From Nemertoderma westbladi (lineage: Eukaryota; Animalia; Xenacoelomorpha), in the NCBI GenBank assembly GCA_032718475.1, contig JAUCBJ010005046.1, forward strand, positions 1 to 51,372: DNA of 51,372 nucleotides, read 5' to 3'. Below, piece by piece: positions 13,007-25,600 of this stretch. The notes under the pieces are model-generated. The model saw nothing but the letters and a program-made list of their open reading frames with translations. It was not told the origin of the DNA and ran no database searches. Numbering within the stretch: the first letter of the stretch is position 1; the number at the start of each line of letters is the position of its first letter. The position numbers and the translations under genes were made by a program.

Positions 13007-13566
13007 AATAGTTTTAAATAATATTACGTATTTACCAATTAACACCATTTCTCGGATTAATTAACTTTTGATATATTACTCCCAATGTACTTGAGCTGTT
13101 TAATAATCCTCACAGTTATTGCACTATAAATGCTGTCTGTTTCGCAAATTAATCTACTTGATATGTATTAGATACTGTTCTTGGTTCAACGAAAAAGTTT
13201 ACGGAAAAATGAAAATATCTCATGGCAGCCATTAATCGAATAGAAATAAAACATGATGTACAATAATATATCCATTGTATTAAGCCGTTTATTAATTTTA
13301 TACGTGTTTATACCTTAAGGTATTGGACTGGCGACATACTCTACATATGGCATATTTTTATATGCTGACATGTTTAAACGATTGTAAGTAATGTTAACTA
13401 AATTAAGGGAGACTTGCCTAATTCCATTTGAACTTCTTTTAATATTGTTAACATAACATAAGTTAATTAACATACTGTACGTTTGGTTTAGTTTAGAGCT
13501 GATAATCAGGGGCCCCAGTTTCGATCCGACAAGTGGGCGGTAACATAGCTACACCCGCTCTTTCAT

Positions 13567-13874
13567 CCATGACGGATCGATAAAATTCGACACAAAAGAG
13601 AAAGGATTTACGGAATGAAAACGGGCTGCCATAAAGTAGACCTGTTTTCACCAAAAATCTTGGCAAATTAATATACCGCCTCAATGTTAAAATCTCAATT
13701 TAGGGAAAGGAGCAGTTTACAGTGGCACGTTATTTTAACCAAAACAATAAGCTAAGCACAATAGATTTGCAATAGAGTTACAGTTTTATTTTTGAGAATA
13801 ATCAGCTGTTATTTGCGTCGAATTTCCCCTGGAGAGGGATGAATTTGTATTGCGTCGAAAGTCCAAACCGATCT
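13567..13874 (+). mobile_element. MITE copy sharing its body with 11333-11560 and 19831-20086
   Basis: Shared AATTAATATACCGCCTCAATGTTAAA...TTTGCGTCGAATTTCCCCTGGAGAGGGATGAATTT; the termini are a non-poly-G variant. Confidence 0.75.
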
Positions 13875-14434
13875 GCAATTTCGCTACATCAGACAGCGGG
13901 AATAATGCGGCCACTCCCATTAACCAACTAACATGTACCGGTACATGTTCGGCTTGTTCTACACGCTACGTATTTTGGTTTATATTTTTTCGATATAAAA
14001 AAAAACAATAATTTATTATTGTCCTTAGCAGCGGGAGTGGATGTCTCTATTGATGTTTTACTAACTGTTTAGCATTCAGTATATCAGTAACTTTCAATAA
14101 ATAGTTATAACTTTCATTGTGTTACCGAAGGAATATTTCAACCTTGGAACATTAGCATTCTCTGTATGATGTCGATTAATGGGTGGGTGAGCGCTGGAAG
14201 TGCGTTCCCTCAGATGTGGAACTATTGTTGTCGCTACATCGTCTACAAAGAGATTAGAGATGCTATTAAGTAAACAAACCGAAAAAAACAAACCGAAGTT
14301 AAATAGGAATAATAATTTATATACATACATTAAATAATTTCCTCAACCTTCCAGACCTGAAATTACAATATTATTCGTTTTCTTTATAATAGTATTCCTT
14401 AATATTTATTTCCAATCAATAATATTTATTGCAG

Positions 14435-14584
14435 AGACGGTGCTTTTGGTTATTCTCCTCTGGTCGGGAAGTTTTGTGATAACAAAAATCCACCGGATTT
14501 TCTGAAATCTTCCGGTCGGGGGTTATGGTTACGTTTCCATAGCGACAGTCTTCTTCAAGGAAGAGGGTTCCAGGCGGTCTTCAA
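14435..14584 (+). CDS. neto: Neto-like coding exon 2 (CUB1 C-terminal part)
   Basis: Acceptor TTATTGCAG, donor GTAAGT, phases 2/2. DGAFGYSPLVGKFCDNKNPPDFLKSSGRGLWLRFHSD resembles the NETO DGPFGFSP...FC...SSGRFLW motif. Confidence 0.92.
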
Positions 14585-14710
14585 GTAAGTCACGAAACTA
14601 CGGACTTTACTGTAGCTATAGTAAATACAGTAACTATAGAAACTACATACTTTACTGTGCCATAAACGGTCTTGTTTCTGGTTATGCACTGTGTAATGCA
14701 TCAGTGTATA

Positions 14711-17700
14711 TGTATGTACGTACATAGGTAGAGACCTACTTGTGTACCCGGATGTATGTATGCCGACCTACTGTATGTACGTACATAGGTAGAGACCTAC
14801 TTGTGAACCCGGATGTATGTATGCCGACCTACTGTATGTACGTACATAGGTAGAGACCTACTTGTGTACCCGGATGTATGTATGCCGACCTACTGTATGT
14901 ACGTACATAGGTAGAGACCTACTTGTGTACCCGGATGTATGTATGCCGACCTACTGTATGTACGTACATAGGTAGAGACCTACTTGTGTACCCGGATGTA
15001 TGTATGCCGACCTACTGTATGTACGTACATAGGTAGAGACCTACTTGTGTACCCGGATGTATGTATGCCGACCTACTGCATGTACGTACATAGGTAGAGA
15101 CCTACTTGTGTACCCGGATGTATGTATGCCGACCTACTGCATGTACGTACATAGGTAGAGACCTACTTGTGTACCCGGATGTATGTATGCCGACCTACTG
15201 CATGTACGTACATAGGTAGAGACCTACTTGTGTACCCGGATGTATGTATGCCGACCTACTGTATGTACGTACATAGGTCGAGACCTACTTGTGTACCCGT
15301 ATGTATGTATGCCGACCTACTGCATGTACGTACATAGGTAGAGACCTACTTGTGTACCCGGATGTATGTATGCCGACCTACTGCATGTACGTACATAGGT
15401 AGAGACCTACTTGTGTACCCGGATGTATGTATGCCGACCTACTGCATGTACCCGGATGTATGGATGCCGACCTACTGCATGTACGTACATAGGTAGAGAC
15501 CTACTTGTGTACCCGGATGTATGTATGCCGACCTACTGTATGTACGTACATAGGTAGAGACCTACTTGTGTACCCGTATGTATGTATGCCGACCTACTGT
15601 ATGTACGTACATAGGTAGAGACCTACTTGTGTACCCGGATGTATGTATGCCGACCTACTGCATGTACGTACATAGGTAGAGACCTACTTGTGTACCCGTA
15701 TGTATGTATGCCGACCTACTGTATGTACGTACATAGGTAGAGACCTACTTGTGTACCCGGATGTATGTATGCCGACCTACTGCATGTACGTACATAGGTA
15801 GAGACCTACTTGTGTACCCGTATGTATGTATGCCGACCTACTGCATGTACGTACATAGGTAGAGACCTACTTGTGTACCCGTATGTATGTATGCCGACCT
15901 ACTGCATGTACGTACATAGGTAGAGACCTACTTGTGTACCCGGTTGTATGTATGCCGACCTACTGTATGTACGTACATAAGTAGAGACCTACTTGTGTAC
16001 CCGGTTGTATGTATGCCGACCTACTGTATGTACGTACATAGGTAGAGACCTACTTGTGTACCCGGATGTATGTATGCCGACCTACTGCATGTACGTACAT
16101 AGGTAGAGACCTACTTGTGTACCCGTATGTATGTATGCCGACCTACTGCATGTACCCGGATGTATGGATGCCGACCTACTGCATGTACGTACATAGGTAG
16201 AGACCTACTTGTGTACCCGTATGTATGTATGCCGACCTACTGCATGTACGTACATAGGTAGAGACCTACTTGTGTACCCGTATGTATGTATGCCGACCTA
16301 CTGCATGTACGTACATAGGTAGAGACCTACTTGTGTACCCGGATGTATGTATGCCGACCTACTGCATGTACGTACATAGGTAGAGACCTACTTGTGTACC
16401 CGGATGTATGTATGCCGACCTACTGCATGTACGTACATAGGTAGAGACCTACTTGTGTACCCGTATGTATGTATGCCGACCTACTGCATGTACGTACATA
16501 GGTAGAGACCTACTTGTGTACCCGGATGTATGTATGCCGACCTACTGTATGTACGTACATAGGTAGAGACCTACTTGTGTACCCGTATGTATGTATGCCG
16601 ACCTACTGCATGTACGTACATAGGTAGAGACCTACTTGTGTACCCGTATGTATGTATGCCGACCTACTGCATGTACGTACATAGGTAGAGACCTACTTGT
16701 GTACCCGGATGTATGTATGCCGACCTACTGCATGTACGTACATAGGTAGAGACCTACTTGTGTACCCGTATGTATGTATGCCGACCTACTGCATGTACGT
16801 ACATAGGTAGAGACCTACTTGTGTACCCGTATGTATGTATGCCGACCTACTGCATGTACGTACATAGGTAGAGACCTACTTGTGTACCCGTATGTATGTA
16901 TGCCGACCTACTGCATGTACGTACATAGGTAGAGACCTACTTGTGTACCCGGATGTATGTATGCCGACCTACTGCATGTACGTACATAGGTAGAGACCTA
17001 CTTGTGTACCCGGATGTATGTATGCCGACCTACTGCATGTACGTACATAGGTAGAGACCTACTTGTGTACCCGTATGTATGTATGCCGACCTACTGCATG
17101 TACGTACATAGGTAGAGACCTACTTGTGTACCCGTATGTATGTATGCCGACCTACTGCATGTACGTACATAGGTAGAGACCTACTTGTGTACCCGTATGT
17201 ATGTATGCCGACCTACTGCATGTACGTACATAGGTAGAGACCTACTTGTGTACCCGTATGTATGTATGCCGACCTACTGCATGTACGTACATAGGTAGAG
17301 ACCTACTTGTGTACCCGTATGTATGTATGCCGACCTACTGCATGTACGTACATAGGTAGAGACCTACTTGTGTACCCGTATGTATGTATGCCGACCTACT
17401 GCATGTACGTACATAGGTAGAGACCTACTTGTGTACCCGGATGTATGTATGCCGACCTACTGCATGTACGTACATAGGTAGAGACCTACTTGTGTACCCG
17501 GATGTATGTATGCCGACCTACTGCATGTACGTACATAGGTAGAGACCTACTTGTGTACCCGTATGTATGTATGCCGACCTACTGCATGTACGTACATAGG
17601 TAGAGACCTACTTGTGTACCCGGATGTATGTATGCCGACCTACTGTATGTACGTACATAGGTAGAGACCTACTTGTGTACCCGCATGTATGTATGCCGAC

Positions 17701-18633
17701 CTACTGCATGTACGTACATAGGTAGAGACCTACTTGTGTACCCGGATGTATGTATGCCGACCTACTGCATGTACGTACATAGGTAGAGACCTACTTGTGT
17801 ACCCGGATGTATGTATGCCGACCTACTGCATGTACCCGGATGTATGGATGCCGACCTACTGCATGTACGTACATAGGTAGAGACCTACTTGTGTACCCGG
17901 ATGTATGTATGCCGACCTACTGTATGTACGTACATAGGTAGAGACCTACTTGTGTACCCGTATGTATGTATGCCGGCCTACTGTATGTACGTACATAGGT
18001 AGAGACCTACTTGTGTACCCGGATGTATGTATGCCGACCTACTGCATGTACGTACATAGGTAGAGACCTACTTGTGTACCCGTATGTATGTATGCCGACC
18101 TACTGTATGTACGTACATAGGTAGAGACCTACTTGTGTACCCGGATGTATGTATGCCGACCTACTGCATGTACGTACATAGGTAGAGACCTACTTGTGTA
18201 CCCGTATGTATGTATGCCGACCTACTGCATGTACGTACATAGGTAGAGACCTACTTGTGTACCCGTATGTATGTATGCCGACCTACTGCATGTACGTACA
18301 TAGGTAGAGACCTACTTGTGTACCCGGTTGTATGTATGCCGACCTACTGTATGTACGTACATAAGTAGAGACCTACTTGTGTACCCGGTTGTATGTATGC
18401 CGACCTACTGTATGTACGTACATAGGTAGAGACCTACTTGTGTACCCGGATGTATGTATGCCGACCTACTGCATGTACGTACATAGGTAGAGACCTACTT
18501 GTGTACCCGTATGTATGTATGCCGACCTACTGCATGTACCCGGATGTATGTATGCCGACCTACTGTATGTACGTACATAGGTAGAGACCTACTTGTGTAC
18601 CCGGATGTATGTATGCCTACCTACTGCATGTAC
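14711..18633. repeat. Intronic satellite, 61-bp unit, about 64 copies
   Basis: Unit TGTATGTACGTACATAGGTAGAGACCTACTTGTGTACCCGGATGTATGTATGCCGACCTAC; period checked at 14761/14822. Confidence 0.97.
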
Positions 18634-19830
18634 TAGAAGAAAATTTAGTACACTTTGATTGCAACAGTTTCTGCTTTTAAATTTTTTTCGTTGAGTTCTA
18701 ATTTTGTTGATTGGATTACCTATACCGGTACATCACTACACTAAAGATACTTAACTGGTTACAACTGGTACCGGTAGGCCTATAATTCTTATGTATTCTG
18801 CATTGATATACATATAATAAATAATTAGGTATCGTATATTATGTATAATTATATGGACATTCCTTGTGGGTATAAATTTAATGATATAAATAACGATTTG
18901 GTCGATGGACTGCCAGTGGAAAAATACGGAATAACAATCGATATAGTGTGGATACGATAATGCTCGTCTCCATCATACAGCTCTCCCATGCCATTATTAT
19001 GGAGGGTGGAGTGTAGCCATTGCAAATGATTGAATGGTGAATGGAAGTTGAATGGTAATTATTGTAAGTCTAGCCTAAGGTGTTCTTTCCCGATAGTATA
19101 TCGTCTTACTATACAATGCGAAGTATGTAATTAGTGCATAGTAAATTGATAAGAAAATGAAACGATCTCGCTTCATCGCTATCACTTGTCCAATATACCA
19201 CTTGTAGGACACTTTACCATTAGGTAACTTGCCCAATACTCGACTTACAGAATAAGTCACTAGCACAATAATTTGTTTGAGACCATAACTTACATTCACT
19301 ACGTATTCTGCCTGTTGCTAGGCCTACTACATTACATAATCACATAGTGGCACACATTGAGTTCAGAAAATAGTGATCCTCAGCATAAATTGATAGTTTA
19401 TTGTTTTGGTTAGAAAACACCGCCACTGCAACCTGCTCCTTTCCATTAATGTTCTTAATTAAGTAAAGCAAAATCTCAAAATTTTGGACAAGTCTCCTAT
19501 TCGAAATCTGGCCTATTGGGCAAGTGACCATACCAGATCTAGTTATTGAGGGTTGACCGTAACTTGCACCAAAATGCAACTCAATTTCACATTTAAATAC
19601 GTTTAATAATTATCATTAAATGCTTATTAAAATACAAATTTTATCAATAGGATCATTTGGAATTTCGGCAAAACCTGATCTGATCTATGTGTATATACCT
19701 GCACTATTGAGTGGCCGCAATGTGCACCTATTTTTTGCATTAAAGGATAGTAGCATAAAGCATAAAGCATTATAGCCCCCCGTTTTTCACATTCCCAGTA
19801 TTTGTTTGCCTTGTTTTAATCTCAAAGTAT

Positions 19831-20086
19831 CAGATAGGGGGGGAAACTGGACGCAATCAATAAAAATTCATCCCTCTCCAGGGAAAATTGGACGCAAATA
19901 ACAGATGATTACTCTCAAAAATAAAACTGTAACCTGTACTATTGTGTTTAGTATATTGTTTTGGTTAAAATAACGTGCCACTGTAACCTGCTCCTTTCCC
20001 TAAATTGAGAATTTAACATTGAGGCGGTATATTAATTCGCCAAGGCGGGTTTTGCGTCCAGTCCCCCCCCCCCCCCCCCCTGTCTC
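19831..20086 (-). mobile_element. Full-length MITE with poly-G TIRs and an 8-bp TSD (hAT- or P-like)
   Basis: Termini CAGATAG(G)nAAACTGGACGCAA and TTGCGTCCAGT(C)nTGTCTC; flanked by CAAAGTAT at 19823-19830 and 20087-20094. Confidence 0.88.
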
Positions 20087-20605
20087 CAAAGTATGACGAT
20101 AGCCATTAAATCTTAGTTGCGTTAGACCTTTTGTTTTTTTTTACAATCTATTTATTTACAATCCAAATGTTAATGTTAATTAATGTTTAGGAGCAGGAAA
20201 AAGTTCCCAGGTCAATGCTAAATTAATTATTATAGTAGCTCCTTAAATAGCGAAGAGTCTTTACTAATAGCGTCCATAGCGCAGGTATAATGTTGAAAGG
20301 AACCCCGATAACAACATGTCTTCATTGTTTGGAAGTATGAATATGAAGTTTGTAGAATGTGGGCTTAACGTGTCTGCAAAATCCTTAACATTTGAGTGGA
20401 TTCAATTACTGGGACATTCATATCTTGAAGTTAAATTTAATGACGTGTTTGGAGAGTTGTAGGCCTTAATTAATTTGGTAGAATCATTTGAGCAACTTAT
20501 TGGGCAAGTGACCTATTTTTAGTTTTAGATCAATTTTTATTGGGCAAATGACTCGTCTGATATTTATTGGGCAAGTGACTGCACCTCTTAAATTCGCGCT
20601 CCTCC

Positions 20606-21000
20606 TGTGGGGCGAGCCACGAAGTCCAGGTGAGCCTTATCATAGCAGTATAATTAGTGAGCCGCCCGCGTCGTCGTCGTTGGAAATGTTTGAACGCCAA
20701 TAAGTCGGTCAATCATGGACGAAATTAAACCAAACTTGGTACACATGTAGTCTATCAAAAGTTTAGAAATTATACATACAAACAGACTTCTATATTTCCT
20801 CTGTCTGCCACTAAGGGGCGAGTTGACAGAAACGTAGAAGTAGCTATACTTATAGAACTAAACATCAGATTCATCTGAAATTTGGTAGGAGTAATGAGCA
20901 TTGCTGAATTAGAATTTCTAAACAAATACAGGCTTATATAGTTCCTCTCTCTGCCGCTAGGGGGCGAATTGACAGAGACGTAGAAGTAGCTGTGTACTCG
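20606..21000 (+). mobile_element. HINE/DINE-1-like element, 5' part with two ~146-bp internal repeat units
   Basis: Starts GTGGGGCGAGCCACGAAG (same as 50799), has a (GTC)n microsatellite and AAACCAAACTTGGTACACATG; repeated TCTGCC(A/G)CTA..GGGGCGA.TTGACAGA.ACGTAGAAGTAGCT. Confidence 0.7.
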
Positions 21001-21477
21001 AAAGAATGGCGTTAAGGAACCATGTTCTGGCACAGTGTGTTTCCGGACGATCCCAGATTATATGCTCTTGGACTGTAAGTTACATTATACACCAGGATGC
21101 TACATACATCAGGATGTTGCGAAGAGTTTGTGGTATAGGGTACAATGCATTTAAGAAATGAGGCATTGTTCAACGTCTGTGAAATTTCCCAAACCGAGTG
21201 TCGACTTGCAGGTTCGACGGTTGAATCTTCCCAGCCAAAAAGCCTTGCTGTACTATGTAGATATTTTGCTTCGTCAAGTCAAAAATTTAACCGTAACCTG
21301 TGCAATTTATACTTTCGTTTATTGTGTTGGTTAGAGCAATGTGGCATTATTGTGTTCCAGGAACGTATGTTTACTGTATATTCATGGGATTCATGGCATA
21401 TATCCGAATATTTCGTATCTGATACCCGACGGTATGTTCGCATACAGCATGTATCTGTAAAATGTTTCAGTTCCACC

Positions 21478-21700
21478 TTCGCGTAGTAGTTACATTGAAT
21501 TCACGTCTCTCCAGAGGTCGTGGGTTCGATCCGCACATTGGGTCAAGGGCATTTTGCTTCTAAAGGAACTACTAGCCAGGAGTAACGGTAGCTAAATGTG
21601 TTTTGGAGTATCCTCTGGGGAGTATAGTTCCGGGGGGGGGAAGCACAGGAAATAGGTCGTGTTAATACTTGGCCAGTTTCGAAATATTCTAAGTATAATT
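21478..21700 (+). mobile_element. Degenerate tRNA-derived SINE-like element
   Basis: AGAGGTCGTGGGTTCGATCC B-box region; A box is degenerate and boundaries are approximate. Confidence 0.4.
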
Positions 21701-21879
21701 TATGTGTGGCTTTCCAGATAAAAGTAGTTAATTATTTAATTGGATGTTAATTGCCGTAATAATGTCAGCTGCCATCAATCTCACATACCGTACTGGTACC
21801 CTCTGAGCTTTTGTGTTGGGGTGGAGATTTAAAAAAGGGGGAGGAACTGTCCCCCTTTCTTTGATTTAACAGCTGTTTA

Positions 21880-21980
21880 GTTAAACTTTTTAAATACCGA
21901 TTTTATGATAGAATTGCTCAATTTTAATTTGTAACCTATGACTGTTCCTCGTGCTGCGCGAAGGCCCCACGAAAGTGTCC
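21880..21980 (+). mobile_element. HINE-like 3' end
   Basis: CCTCGTGCTGCGCGAAGGCCCCACGAAAGTGT, homologous to 3330-3430(-) and 51335-51363. Confidence 0.6.
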
Positions 21981-22375
21981 TATTTGCATGCGATGTGGTT
22001 CCTAACTGCTGCTTTCGTGTTCAGTTACAGGACTGGACTGCCCAGTAACTAAATATCCTCTCATCCTAACATAATCCAAACCAATATAAGTTTGATACAA
22101 TCTGTAGCTGAATGGCTGTATATTTCATGAATAATTGTTGCTTAATTGTGTTTTCTTATTATAAATGATATAAATAAATAAAAAATTATTGATTTATATA
22201 TATTACTTTTCATTATTGGAAGTCGAAATTATCGAAAGAACGTCTTTCGATAAATAATGACAGTAACTATCCTGCCACTCGAATGTAAATAGTCTTACTA
22301 GACTATTTATTCAGTGTTAATCAACTGTTTTAGTTGTTTTTGGAATTAATCACCTAATTTTCCTTGATTTTTTAG

Positions 22376-22640
22376 ATACGAGAAAGACAAAAGTATTAGC
22401 GATATTAACCCAGGGGAATGTCTCGAGATACTAGATAAACCCAGTGGATGGGTTTCCGCGTCGGATCTAATTCACAGGAATCAACCCCGCAATGGTTTTT
22501 ATGATTGTACTTGGATAATCACCCCAATAATGGCGCGGGGAATTTATCTTAATTGGAAAAACTTTTCTCTTTATTCTCAAAATAATTGCGAGGCTAATTC
22601 GATGGAGATTTATAAAGGAAGAACTTTAGAAAATAAACTG
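22376..22640 (+). CDS. neto: Neto-like coding exon 3 (CUB2 N-terminal part)
   Basis: Acceptor TTTTTTAG, donor CTG|GTAAGT, phases 2/0; GECLEILDKPSG...YDCTWII...IYLNWKNFSLYSQNNCEANSMEIYKG is CUB2-like. Confidence 0.9.
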
Positions 22641-25600
22641 GTAAGTTTGTTTATTAAAGGAAGAACTTTAGTAAATAAACTGGTAAGTATGTTTATAAAG
22701 GAAGAACTTTAGAAAATAAACTGGTAAGTTTGTTTGTAAAGGAAGAACTTTAGTAAATAAACTGGTAAGTTTGTTTATAAAGGAAGAACTTTAGAAAATA
22801 AACTGGTAAGTTTGTTTGTAAAGGAAGAACTTTAGTAAATAAACTGGTAAGTTTGTTTATAAAGGAAGAACTTTAGAAAATAAACTGGTAAGTATGTTTA
22901 TAAAGGGAGAACTTTAGTAAATAAACTGGTAAGTTTGTTTATAAAGGAAGAAATTTAGTAAATAAACTGGTAAGTTTGTTTATTAAAGGAAGAACTTTAG
23001 TAAATAAACTGGTAAGTATGTTTATAAAGGGAGAACTTTAGAAAATAAACTGGTAAGTATGTTTATAAAGGGAGAACTTTAGTAAATAAACTGGTAAGTA
23101 TGTTTATAAAGGAAGAACTTTAGAAAATAAACTGGTAAGTTTGTTTGTAAAGGAAGAACTTTAGTAAATAAACTGGTAAGTTTGTTTATAAAGGAAGAAC
23201 TTTAGAAAATAAACTGGTAAGTTTGTTTGTAAAGGAAGAACTTTAGTAAATAAACTGGTAAGTTTGTTTATAAAGGAAGAACTTTAGAAAATAAACTGGT
23301 AAGTATGTTTATAAAGGGAGAACTTTAGTAAATAAACTGGTAAGTTTGTTTATAAAGGAAGAAATTTAGTAAATAAACTGGTAAGTTTGTTTATTAAAGG
23401 AAGAACTTTAGTAAATAAACTGGTAAGTATGTTTATAAAGGGAGAACTTTAGAAAATAAACTGGTAAGTATGTTTATAAAGGGAGAACTTTAGTAAATAA
23501 ACTGGTAAGTATGTTTATAAAGGAAGAACTTTAGTAAATAAACTGGTAAGTTTGTTTATTAAGGAATAACTTTAGTAAATAAACTGGTAAGTTTGTTTAT
23601 TAAGGAAGAACTTTAGTAAATAAACTGGTAAGTTTGTTTATTAAGGAAGAACTTTAGTAAATAAACTGGTAAGTATGTTTATAAAGGGAGAACTTTAGTA
23701 AATAAACTGGTAAGTTTGTTTATAAAGGAAGAACTTTAGAAAATAAACTGGTAAGTTTGTTTATTAAAGGAAGAACTTTAGTAAATAAACTGGTAAGTTT
23801 GTTTATAAAGGAAGAACTTTAGTAAATAAACTGGTAAGTTTGTTTATAAAGAAATAACTTTAGTAAATAAACTGGTAAGTTTGTTTGTAAAGGAAGAACT
23901 TTAGTAAATAAACTGGTAAGTTTGTTTATAAAGGAAGAACTTTAGTAAATAAACTGGTAAGTTTGTTTATAAAGGAAGAACTTTAGTAAATAAACTGGAA
24001 GTTTGTTTATAAAGGAAGAACTTTAGTAAATAAACTGGTAGGTTTGTTTATAAAGAAATAACTTTAGTAAATAAACTGGTAAGTTTGTATATAAAGGAAT
24101 ATCTTTAGTAATAAACTGGTAAGTATGTTTATAAAGGGAGAACTTTAGTAAATAAACTGGTAAGTTTGTTTATAAAGGAAGAACTTTAGTAAATAAACTG
24201 GTAAGTTTGTTTATTAAGGAAGAACTTTAGTAAATAAACTGGTATGTTTGTTTATTAAGGAAGAACTTTAGTAAATAAACTGGTAAGTATGTTTATAAAG
24301 GGAGAACTTTAGTAAATAAACTGGTAAGTTTGTTTATAAAGGAAGAACTTTAGTAAATAAACTGGTAAGTTTGTTTATAAAGGAAGAACTTTAGTAAATA
24401 AACTGGTAAGTTTGTTTATAAAGGAAGAACTTTAGTAAATAAACTGGTAAGTTTGTTTATAAACGAAGAACTTTAGTAAATAAACTGGAAGTTTGTTTAT
24501 AAAGGAAGAACTTTAGTAAATAAACTGGTAAGTATGTTTATAAAGGGAGAACTTTAGTAAATAAACTGGTAAGTTTGTTTATAAAGGAAGAACTTTAGTA
24601 AATAAACTGGTAAGTTTGTTTATAAAGGAAGAACTTTAGTAAATAAACTGGTAAGTATGTTTATAAAGGGAGAACTTTAGTAAATAAACTGGTAAGTTTG
24701 TTTATAAAGGAAGAACTTTAGTAAATAAACTGGTAAGTTTGTTTATAAAGGAATAACTTTAGTAAATAAACTGGTAAGTTTGTTTATAAAGGGAGAACTT
24801 TAGTAAATAAACTGGTAAGTTTGTTTATAAAGGAAGAACTTTAGTAAATAAACTGGTAAGTTTGTTTATAAAGGAAGAACTTTAGTAAATAAACTGGTAA
24901 GTTTGTTTATAAACGAAGAACTTTAGTAAATAAACTGGAAGTTTGTTTATAAAGGAAGAACTTTAGTAAATAAACTGGTAAGTATGTTTATAAAGGGAGA
25001 ACTTTAGTAAATAAACTGGTAAGTTTGTTTATAAAGGAAGAACTTTAGTAAATAAACTGGTAAGTTTGTTTATTAAAGGAAGAACTTTAGTAAATAAACT
25101 GGTAAGTATGTTTATAAAGGGAGAACTTTAGAAAATAAACTGGTAAGTATGTTTATAAAGGGAGAACTTTAGTAAATAAACTGGTAAGTATGTTTATAAA
25201 GGAAGAACTTTAGTAAATAAACTGGTAAGTTTGTTTATTAAAGGAAGAACTTTAGTAAATAAACTGGTAAGTTTGTTTATAAAGGAAGAACTTTAGAAAA
25301 TAAACTGGTAAGTTTGTTTATAAAGGAAGAACTTTAGAAAATAAACTGGTAAGTTTGTTTATAAAGGAAGAACTTTAGAAAATAAACTGGTAAGTTTGTT
25401 TATAAAGGAAGAACTTTAGAAAATAAACTGGTAAGTTTGTTTATAAAGGAAGAACTTTAGAAAATAAACTGGTAAGTTTGTTTATAAAGGAAGAACTTTA
25501 GAAAATAAACTGGTAAGTTTGTTTATAAAGGAAGAACTTTAGAAAATAAACTGGTAAGTTTGTTTATAAAGGAAGAACTTTAGAAAATAAACTGGTAAGT

